Origin: Amoebidium appalachense
Taxonomy: Eukaryota; Protista; Ichthyosporea
NCBI GenBank assembly: GCA_963693365.1
Contig: CAVNZM010000017.1
Coordinates: 2,657,527-2,721,526 of the forward strand
Direction: 5' to 3'
DNA: 64,000 nt
Positions 54,906 to 64,000 of this stretch are shown piece after piece. The number at the start of each line of letters is the position of its first letter. The stretch's first letter is position 1. The notes under the pieces are model-generated. The model searched no databases, was not told the DNA's origin, and was given only the letters and a program-made list of their open reading frames with translations. The translations under genes were made by a program, and so were the position numbers.

Positions 54906-55259
54906 AGGATATACATATGACATACGCTTTACGACATCCATAAACCCTATGGATGTCGTAAAGAGGGTTGATGGATGTCGTAAAGCGTATATCCAATGCA
55001 TATACATAAGACGCTCCGTTAACCCCATGGAACTCTTTACACTATCGTAAAGAGGTCGTGCAACCACTCCATATGAACTCGCGGTGTGCTTTAGACACTT
55101 TACGATGGGTGACAGGTTTACGCCATCGGAGATGGCATTACGAGGGGTATACGATCCCCGGTGGAGATTGCTGATGTCTCCCCCCCCTCCCCCCACCACC
55201 ACCACCACCACCACCATCATACACCACCACCACACACACACACACACACACACACACAG

Positions 55260-55309
<50 letters not shown>

Positions 55310-55320
55310 ACACACACACA

Positions 55321-55355
<35 letters not shown>

Positions 55356-57233
55356 CCGAAAAAAAAAGGGGGGGGGGGGGGAGGGGGGGGGGGGGGGGGG
55401 GGGGGAGGTGAAGGAAAAAACACAAGAAGAACTCTTTGGCAACAGCAAAGCCTGCAAGTGACGTGACTCTAACTTAACCAATCATTTCACACTGCGACCA
55501 CCGTGTCTACTGAGGCTCGTAATCTGCCCAGTATTCAGGTGTTTTGATATCCTTGTTCGTGTGCCATATAACGAAGCAGGCGATTTGGCGTTTGGATTAC
55601 TGGACTTGCGCCTGAACGTGTCTAGGAGCCTGTTTTCAATATCGTCTGCTTTGAGTGTTATGTCTACTTGCTTGGGGTCAAAAATACGCCATTTCCCTGA
55701 GAGAGCGGTATCCTCTGTAGCCTCGCTGTCTTCTGTATCACTCTGTGTGCTATATCGTCGGAAAAAATATTGTCAAAGAAATCCGAGTCAAGTGCCCCTG
55801 CTTCGAACCCCGCACCACTGCCATCACCAAGTTCCATGCCCCCGTCCATTCTTTGTGTGCATTGTAAGAGACACCAACTACTGGTATATATCAAGTAGAA
55901 GTGACATTATAACGGTGCAATTCAATCACGGGTATGGGAAGATGGTCTACGTGCAGCTCTTTCCGAGGGGCCGCGGTGCGTTGCTTTGTTTACAAGAGCC
56001 AAAAAAGGCTACGTCTAAACACCATATATGGTTTTCCTTTGTGTAACAACCAATGGTTTTCAGTCTTCGAGGGGTGTAAAGCATTGAAACTGGTCGACCT
56101 TCATCTTTACTCAATAGATGAAACGCTGTTCAGAAGCTCATTATGAGGTAACATATTGATTTGCAAGGCAGCACACTTACATCAATCAGTCGATTGCAAG
56201 CATTGATCATTCTATGGGTTGTCGATATCCAACTTTGTGTGCCAGCACGCCCTCGCTGCGCCGCAAAGCCCATATACAACCCATACCCAGCCGCGGGGCT
56301 TTGAAAACTATATATGTTTACTTCGCTCTTGCAAAGTTTCGACCCCACCGGGTCATTTATACGGGAAAAAATTCTGTTGTTTGAAGGGGGGTTTGATTCA
56401 CATTCAATGTGAAACAACCCTAATTGACCGATTTTCCAAAATTCCCGGGATACAAGATTGATTCACATTGAATGTGAATCAAGTTACATTGGGGCTAAGA
56501 CGAGTAGAACGGGTCGCCGTCTCAGATCAGCGCGGTTTGCGCAAACACGATTTCTGCCGCTAAGCATATTCACATCACTCACTCGTGCTTGCCTCATGCC
56601 CCCCGTGTCCGTGGAGTGCAGGCCGTCGTGCCTGCACCCAAGGGGCTGGCCGAGGCGGGGGCCGCCAGGGGGGGTCCATGCCATGAGCCCCCCCGCACCA
56701 GCCGGGGCTGGGCCCCGCCTCGACATGCTTTATTGCCGCTGCAACCGGGCTGTGAGCCAGTCACAGTCGCATACGTACACCGTCATGTATACAGACTGAG
56801 AGGTGGGTGGGTGGGAGCCGCCGTGTGCTAGCCACCGAAAACGCAATCGTGCTAACAAAAACCGTACGTGCAGCACACGGCGAAAACGAAGGTGGCCTGC
56901 ATCTGCAGTGTGCTGCGCCGGAAATACCGGCGCTGGTGGCGCCTGACGTCAGGCGCTGCGCCAGACCGATGTCAGCCGCCGCTGCGGCTGCGCCTGGCGC
57001 CGCGGCCCGTGACGTCATGGGCCGCCCGGCTGCCTGCGCCCGAAGTGATCCGTGAAACATCTTTCATCTGCTGCGCATATGAAACGTACATTCACATCAC
57101 TCACTCGTGCTTGCCTCATGCCCCCCGTGTCCGTGGAGTGCAGGCCGTCGTGCCTGCACCCAAGGGGCTGGCCGAGGCGGGGGCCGCCAGGGGGGGTCCA
57201 TGCCATGAGCCCCCCCCGCACCACAAGGCCCCC

Positions 57234-58665
57234 CTACTGCGATGTAGGGGGTCCGCCCCAAGGTCCCGTGGCGAGGCCCTGGTGTGACCAGATGGTGGCA
57301 ATGGAGGCTTGCACGTCGCGGTGGGGCAGCCGGATGTAGACCATGAATGCGTCTGATGCCCAGCGGCCAAGGGCTTTGATGGTGGCGTCAGGTAGGCCCG
57401 CTCTCTCAGCTGCAGTGGCCCCCCCTATGCGCAGGCTGTGGCCGGCGTACCGGTCGGGGTCGTAGCCCGCATGGTGTAGAGCTGTGCGGAAACCGGCGAT
57501 GAAGGTGCTCTTGAGGTAAGGGCTGCCGTCGACGCTGAACAGGGGTGCATCTGGGTGGATGCCTGCCCTGGTTGACGAGACCCCCAGGAAGAGGGCTAGA
57601 TTGGCTGCTGGGCAGAAGGAAGGCTCCTCCGGGAAGGCGGGCACCCGGATGGTAACACCCTTGCCCGTGGGGTCGGTCTTAGATGTCGGCAGGAAGACTG
57701 TTGCCCCAATCAGGCGGCCATCCTGCCATAGGAGCTGGACGTCGCGACGCTTGGCGTGAAGGAGGGGGTTGAACTTGGCCGCAGATTTGGACGTGAACTC
57801 GCCCGAGCGCAGGAGGCACGAGCTGCCAAGCAGCAGGGCAGCCCACAGACGCAGGGCCTCCAATGAAGAGCCCGGTTGGATGACTGGGAGGAGGGCGCGG
57901 AGGTCGGCTGGGAGGAGGGGCTCGAGCACTCGTTTGGGCCGGTGGCTGCCTTCCAGCAGCAGGAAGCGGCCAGCCCCGCGGATAAACCACTGAAGGCTCT
58001 GCTGGCCGGAGCCCGCTGGTGGTGCCATGCCCAAGCTGCGGTGCAGGCTGTTGACGGCGGAGACGATGCTGGGCATGGTCCGGGCTTGCACCGCACGCAT
58101 GGCGCACCAGGCAAGGAACAGCTGCACTTGGGCTGGGCACTGCTGGCAGGTAGCCACCATCAGGATTGCGGCAGTCCATTGCGTAGATGAAGTCGATAAA
58201 CTGGCGCTGGTAGGACGAGTAGGGGGGACACGGGCCAAAACCTCGGGGGTGAACCACTGGGCAAGCCTACCATGGTCGCCACCAAAGGGGAGCAAGCCAC
58301 CTGCAGGGACAGAGCTGTGTGAGCATCATGCCTAGAGTCCCAGGGGGGGGGGGGGGGGGTAAAGGCAACGAGCGGGGTGGGCGGCAGGCAAGCGGGTGCA
58401 CAGGCAGGCAAACAAGGGGGGGGGGAGGGGGGGGGGGGGGGGGCGTAGCTAAAGGGCAGAGGATGCATGCAGCGCTGGCAGGGAGGGCGGGGGAAGGGGA
58501 GGGGGGGGTATGCGCGCACAAGCCGCGGTGTAGGCGTGCGTATGTGTGCGCTAGTGTGTGGGTGTGTATGAGCATGTGTGTGTAACACCGAGGTTAAGCA
58601 TGCACGATCGAAGGGGCGGGTGGAGGGGGTGGCAGGGTGGGGTTGGGGGGGTTGGGGGAGGGGAA

Positions 58666-58707
<42 letters not shown>

Positions 58708-58900
58708 GACACGCCACAAGCAGTTGGCACTGCGGGCCAGCACAGAACAAAGAGGCACACCGTGTGTACACCGTAAGACCGTAATGTATTGTCCCAAACA
58801 CTCCACCGGGTGAGTGAGGGAATCCGAGCGAATTCGTGTAGTGGGGGGGGGCCGGCCCCAGCCGCCACTGCAGAACATGACTCGTGCGATATACAAAGTG
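57234..58900 (-). CDS. Tyrosine recombinase, probably two exons (~58900-58772 and 58300-57234)
   Basis: Catalytic motifs LLRSGEF, SKTD, GHSLRIGGAT, LGRWASDAFMVYIR; the upstream exon gives a YR-like N-terminal SLTRWSVWDNTLRSY. Start codon uncertain. Confidence 0.88.
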
Positions 58901-58998
58901 GGAAGGGGGGAAGGGGGGGTGTCGGTGCCCCCCACAGCCCACACGCCAAGCCCAATACGAAGGCAAAGGAACAGGGGAGGGGGCTCGGCCCAGCCCCA

Positions 58999-60882
58999 TC
59001 ACGAGAGAGGGTCAGCAAACCACCCCGCTAGCCACTCAGGCACGGGTGTTGGGACTGGTGCGTGCCACGGGTGCAGCCGGTCGAAAGTGGCCCACTGTGC
59101 TCGCGAGATGGCATCCGCAATCGAGTTTTCCACGCCAGGGATGTGCTTGGCCGAGACCAGCACCGTGTAGCGCATTTCCATCAGCGTGATGAGACGCAGC
59201 ACCCGGGCAATGGCAGGGACGGGGGAGTGACGGGACGCGATCGTAGATACTGCACCGTCGTTATCGGTGAGCACGCGTATGTGGCTGTTGCGACAGCTGG
59301 GACCCCAACAGGCCAGGGCCACGGCAATGCCAGCCAGCTCAAACAGCACGGAAGCCCACACATCTCCGCCAGCAATGACCGTGCGCCAATGGTCCGTCCA
59401 TGCTAGGTGAAACCACGCTTGACCCCAGTAGCCACCGCATCCTATGCTGCCGGCCGCATCTGTGGTGAACATGTGATGCACGGGGGGGGGGGTAAGCACA
59501 CGTATGCCGTTCCACTCGGGGAGGAACTCCGACCACAGCACAACGTCGGCTCGTGCGTCGGCGCAGACACGGATGTGGTGGTGGGGCCCTAGGCCGGCCC
59601 TCTCAGCCTCCGCCAGCAGATGAAGCAAGCGTTGAAGAAAGGCACGGGCACGCCCCAGCGCCACAACCTGAGCACACCACATGAGCTTGCCGCACAGGGA
59701 CCGTAGGTCTCGAACAGTGGCCTTGGTGCGACCCCGCCAATCGGCTAGCAGGGCCCGGAGCTCGGTCAGCTTGACGGCAGGTAAGCGGGCCTCCATGCGC
59801 AGAGTGTCCCACTCGAGCCCAGAGTAGATGAGCGTGTGTGAGGGCAGCTGCACTTTGTCGTCGGCAAGCGTAACACCCACCTTCGAGCACACCCACCGAA
59901 ACCCCAGCATGTTGAAGGCGCACTCTTGCAGCGTACGGCCGCCGAAAAAGAAGTCGTCCACAAAATGCTGTGTCTCTGTGGCGTTGAGGGCGTGGGCGAA
60001 GTGCTGCAGGGCCTGAGCTATGCGTTCCCAGAACGCTGGGCTGGACCGCAAGCCAAACGGTAGGCGGGTCTCCACATAGAACGCGCCTAGCAGCTGGAAC
60101 GACAGCAGTGGCTGGTCGTCTGGGTGCACCGGGCCGTGACGAAAGGCACCCTTCACGTCGTATGCCCCGAGGAAGCAGCCCTGGCCGAGCCGAGCTACTG
60201 TTTGCATCACCGTGCGGATGGTGATGTACTCCAGCTGATCCGGGTAATCGACCCCATCGTTGATACTGGAGCCACGCGGGAAGGAAAGGTCGTGGATGCG
60301 GCGGACGCCCGTGCCGCCCTTTTTGGGAACTGCCCCGAGGGGCGAGGATACAAAATAAGGATAAAGGGCCACCATCTCGTCGCGGGTGAAGGGGCCCAGG
60401 ATGTGGCCGCATGCCACTTCCTTCGCAATGTCGGCTGCAAGCTGCTCACGGGCCGCCAGCGCGGACGGGTGGTTTCGGCCCACCCGGGTGACCCGCTCGC
60501 CGAAGTAACCGACCGAGAAGCCCAGCTCTAAGTCGCGGAGCAGAGCCTGCTGAAACGCACTGTCGGGGTGCGGAAACAACTCAAACAAACGGCGGAAGTT
60601 GGGGACAGATACGGTCTGTGGTGGTGCCGCTGGGGGGGGTGACCATGGGCCCCGCAGGGCAACGGAGAGGGCAGGCCCAGCGCTGACGTCAGCCCCTGCC
60701 CGAAAGGGGGCTGGGCCCCCTAAGCCGGGTTGGCCCCCCCTTCCCCCGCCCCGTTGGCTGGGTTGGGAGGGCAGGCGTGTGCGCCGTGCGCCGCTGAGCC
60801 GCACTTCAGGCAGGCGTGCTTGTAGCGGCAAGGGTTGGGTCCCTTCCTGGTGCAGCCCTTGGCCGTGTTGAAGCCCCGGCAT
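58999..60882 (-). CDS. Ngaro reverse transcriptase/RNase H
   Basis: SPLGAVPKK, RRIHDLSFP, YDVKGAFRH, RLPFGLRSSP, HFVDDFF; RNase H TDAA, FELAGI, TDN, NSIADAISR; overlaps ORF1 in another frame. Confidence 0.95.
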   Translation of the reverse strand: MPGLQHGQGLHQEGTQPLPLQARLPEVRLSGARRTRLPSQPSQRGGGRGGQPGLGGPAPFRAGADVSAGPALSVALRGPWSPPPAAPPQTVSVPNFRRLFELFPHPDSAFQQALLRDLELGFSVGYFGERVTRVGRNHPSALAAREQLAADIAKEVACGHILGPFTRDEMVALYPYFVSSPLGAVPKKGGTGVRRIHDLSFPRGSSINDGVDYPDQLEYITIRTVMQTVARLGQGCFLGAYDVKGAFRHGPVHPDDQPLLSFQLLGAFYVETRLPFGLRSSPAFWERIAQALQHFAHALNATETQHFVDDFFFGGRTLQECAFNMLGFRWVCSKVGVTLADDKVQLPSHTLIYSGLEWDTLRMEARLPAVKLTELRALLADWRGRTKATVRDLRSLCGKLMWCAQVVALGRARAFLQRLLHLLAEAERAGLGPHHHIRVCADARADVVLWSEFLPEWNGIRVLTPPPVHHMFTTDAAGSIGCGGYWGQAWFHLAWTDHWRTVIAGGDVWASVLFELAGIAVALACWGPSCRNSHIRVLTDNDGAVSTIASRHSPVPAIARVLRLITLMEMRYTVLVSAKHIPGVENSIADAISRAQWATFDRLHPWHAPVPTPVPEWLAGWFADPLS

Positions 60883-61784
60883 ATCTCATCCGCAGCAGGG
60901 GCCGGGCTGGCGCGAGGGCTGGCTGTGGCCCCCCCAGAGGCAGGCTGCCGGGGTGTGCGGGGAGCGGTGGGTGCCTGGTGCAGGCGGGCACCAGACAGGG
61001 ACACGGCCAGCTGCACAGCGTCGGGTGCGTCGAGTGGGCGGCCAGAGGCAGCGCACGACCGGCGGTGTGCATACTCCCAGCGCATGATGGCAGCCCACTG
61101 GTACTCGGGTGCCAACTCAGTGGCCACAAACTCGGCGTGGGCCAGCAGGGCCGTGACGGGGGCGTCGGCGTTGATGCGTAGGCGTAGCAGCTGCAAGATG
61201 CAGCGCAGGTAGGTCTGCAGGTCCGGGCACAGGGCGGGCTGGCGCTGGGTGCCAGGCGTCTGCAGCACAACCGTGCCAGCAGGCAGGCCAGGCAGGGAAA
61301 CCGGCTGGCGCTGCGTGTGGACAGAAGAGCCCGTGGGCGGCAGCAGGTCGAGTAAAGCGAAATGCTGCATAGGCTCGAAGATGGCAGCCCCCGGCCCGGA
61401 CCTCCGGGGACAGGTGGGGGCAGGGTGGGTTCGACTGGCTGCGCTGGCTGGCCCCCCAAACGGCCAGTTGCAGGGCATTGGGCGGCGGAGGCAGCTGGTG
61501 CATGTCGCCGCCCTGAGGGTCCTCCTCACGGGGGCGCTTGTTGGCATTGCCGGGGGGTTGCTCTACAGCATCCACGGCCCCCGCCGCAGCGGCAGGGGGC
61601 CCCGTGACAGGGGGGTTCCTACCGGTTCCGCCCCCGCCAAGGTTGACGAGGTGGGGGAAGGCGCGCAGGAGAAGATCTTGCTGGGAAGGGGGGGCCGGGC
61701 TGGCCTGCAGGGCCTGACGGGTCGCGTTGGCCACCTCAGAAGCAAACATGCGAATGGTCGCTGCCAGCTCAGGGGTCAGGGCAA

Positions 61785-61832
<48 letters not shown>

Positions 61833-61905
61833 CGTCCTGCACAGGAGGGCGCGCCTCCTGCCCTGCCTGTGCTGCAGGGCCATTGTCTGTTGGGTCTACT
61901 TCCAT
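60720..61905 (-). CDS. Ngaro ORF1 (gag-like) with poly-Q and a C-terminal Cys/His finger; one frameshift near 61390
   Basis: The MEVDPT... frame joins the frame with FALLDLLP, YQWAAIMRWEYAHR and CRGFN..C..C.YKH.C..C...H...C. Confidence 0.8.
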
Positions 61906-62379
61906 ACTTGAGCCGCCGTGTGCTAGCCACCGAAAACGCAATCGTGCTAACAAAAACCGTACGTGCAGCACACGGCGAAAACGAAGGTGGCCTGCATCTG
62001 CAGTGTGCTGCGCCGGAAATACCGGCGCTGGTGGCGCCTGACGTCAGGCGCTGCGCCAGACCGATGTCAGCCGCCGCTGCGGCTGCGCCTGGCGCCGCGG
62101 CCCGTGACGTCATGGGCCGCCCGGCTGCCTGCGCCCGAAGTGATCCGTGAAACATCTTTCATCTGCTGCGCATATGAAACGTACATATATATGCAATTTC
62201 GTGGTTTCGACGGCGGCAGAAAAACATAATACTTAGAGTTGGTGGTGCGGCTGTGTGAAAAGTGGACACTTAGTAATTAACAACAAATAAACACGTACAC
62301 GCGTCCTATGTTATGTGTTTTACACCTCCTATGCTTTTTGTACGCATCTGTATAGTAATCGTGGTAGATAGTTTTCAAG

Positions 62380-62856
62380 ATGCCTGCCTGTGTAGCTGAG
62401 TGGTGTGGAAACCCCAAGGAAAAAGATCCACACGTTCCATGGTTTCATAGGCTCATCTAGAAATGAAGAGACAATATTGCAATTGAAGAGTGTAAACTAA
62501 CTTGAGCGTTTGGCTGCGTTTGGGTAAACTAAAAAGTACATAGACGAAGAAAGACACGCTCTGGATTACCTCAGAGATCCACGCTCACATCCTGCCCCAC
62601 CTCCACGGTCACCCACTCCAAAAAAGTAAGAAGAAGGGATCTGGAAAGGAACACAGCTCTAAAAAACGCGAAAGTAACGCAGGGCGCAAGAATTCATCTC
62701 TATGGCACCTTAAGAAACTTTCCTTATGCTCAACCACTTTCATCTAGAACACATCGGAAAGATGGCAAGCTTTAGCAGATCGTCTGCCCTTGGAACATGC
62801 CAAAGAGCCCGTTCTTGCACACCCTTCGCGGGTTCGCCTGTGTAATAAAAATTAAG
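62380..62856 (+). pseudogene. Possible decayed THAP-domain (transposase-related) gene
   Basis: MPACVAEWCGNPKEKDPHVPWFHRL resembles a THAP N-terminus; RWQAL...RVRLCNK lies downstream; several stop codons. Confidence 0.3.
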
Positions 62857-63321
62857 GCGGAAGCTCATACGGAAATACGAGAATAGCTTAGTGAGCGGGG
62901 TGATCACGAGATGATGAGGAAGGGGTTAAAGAGAGAGACCTACTGGTGAAAAAGCGACGCAACATGCAAGTTGCGAACGAGCTGCCTAGCGGTGATGCGG
63001 AAGATGAGTCTTTGAAAGCCGAAAACAAAAGAACAAGACGTTGGAAGGGGGAGGGGGGTGGGGGAAGGCAAGGGATGGGGGGGGGGGGGGGGAGGGGGGG
63101 GGGGGGAAGGGTGGGAGATAAAGAGAGAGAGAGAGCGAGAGAGAGAGAGAGCGGGGGGGGGGGGGGAGGAGAGAGAGAGAGAGAGAGAGAGAAAGGGAGA
63201 GAGTGAGAGAGAGAGCTTGGGGGAGAGGGGAGGGGTAGGGAGGGGGGGGGGGGGGGGTGGCACAGATTGTCCTCCTGACATTCTCATTATTTCATGATTT
63301 TAGAACTTAAAAACTTCGTTT

Positions 63322-63370
<49 letters not shown>

Positions 63371-63612
63371 GGAGGAGGGAGAGAACATGTAGGAAGGGGG
63401 AGGGGGGGGGGGGGGGGGGGGGGGGGATGCTGAGGAAGGTCGAGAACGAACAGGAAGGGAAGGCATGGGTGTGTGAAGGCGAGAGAGGGGGGGGAGGAAG
63501 GGGGGGGGGGGATATGAGCGCGCGTGGCGAAAGGGTAAGGAGGTGGGGGGGGGGGGGAGGGGCTCGGGGGAGGGTCAGAGAGTAAGGAGGGGGGAAGGTC
63601 TTGGTGTCACGT

Positions 63613-63643
<31 letters not shown>

Positions 63644-63692
63644 GGGGGGGGGATATAGGGGTTGCTGAGGGCCGAGGCGGCAGAAAGGGTAC

Positions 63693-63775
63693 CGACACAG
63701 GGAAGGGTAGGGGATTCCGTGGACCGTGGGCCACTCCGATCCCTCGCGGCTCGACTCATTCTCAATGAGATAACC
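63693..63775 (-). CDS. Probable internal exon of a - strand gene entering from the right edge
   Basis: cag|GTTATCTC...GTGTCG|gtaccc encodes YLIENESSREGSEWPTVHGIPYPSLC; followed by intron-type poly-C/(CT)n on the - strand. Confidence 0.4.
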
Positions 63776-64000
63776 TGTTTGCAAGTGCAAAGTGGGAAAG
63801 CTTTTATAAATGGCTTCCCGTGACAATATGACATCCGTTCTTGCAATAATGAATCATGCATTTATGTGCCATTCTTCGAGCTCGAAATAGCCCAGGTTGA
63901 GCTCGAGGACGTGGCCCCCACTGACATATGCACATGACGGCGAGATCTCTGCGCTGCCTTTGCAACTGAATTTGGCTAAGCTGGCCCAAGAAGTGCATGC

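Larger units (their letters stand above)
43065..55176. mobile_element. ~12.1 kb TIR DNA transposon, CMC (CACTA/EnSpm/Plavaka)-like, probably internally deleted
   Basis: 14-bp perfect inverted repeat CATCAGCAATCTCC (43065-43078 and 55163-55176); inner inverted motif CCCCTCGTAA; 2-bp TSD TC; both subterminal regions are dense in TTACGA/TCGTAA motifs; transposase-like exon inside. Confidence 0.7.
56568..62186 (-). mobile_element. Ngaro-type tyrosine-recombinase retrotransposon with split direct repeats (A1-ORFs-B1A2-B2)
   Basis: Repeat A at 61910-62186 and 56816-57091; repeat B at 57090-57222 and 56568-56700; gag-like, RT-RH and YR ORFs; no methyltransferase domain. Confidence 0.93.

Overview
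Eukaryotic genomic DNA, rich in homopolymers and microsatellites; most ORFs in the six-frame track are low-complexity artefacts. 1-15.5 kb: 3' part of an intron-rich + strand gene whose hand-spliced product resembles nucleoporin Nup155/Nup170. Its exons sit among poly-C/(CA)n/(CT)n introns with unusually degenerate 5' splice sites. 17-21.5 kb: two intronless - strand genes (a disordered coiled-coil protein and a small secreted protein). 22.6-62.2 kb: a nested transposon cluster with (1) a LINE 3' fragment; (2) a degenerate DIRS element (RT-RNaseH-methyltransferase) interrupted by a solo LTR and by a composite insertion; (3) a second Copia with a truncated 3' LTR; (4) a ~12 kb TIR-bounded CMC/Plavaka-like DNA transposon holding three satellite arrays; (5) a near-intact Ngaro-type tyrosine-recombinase retroelement whose recombinase gene appears to carry a host-like intron. 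The most striking structure is the composite insertion: a full Copia and a non-coding TRIM joined head-to-tail inside one 5-bp target-site duplication. All protein family assignments come from motif recognition by eye, not from database searches.
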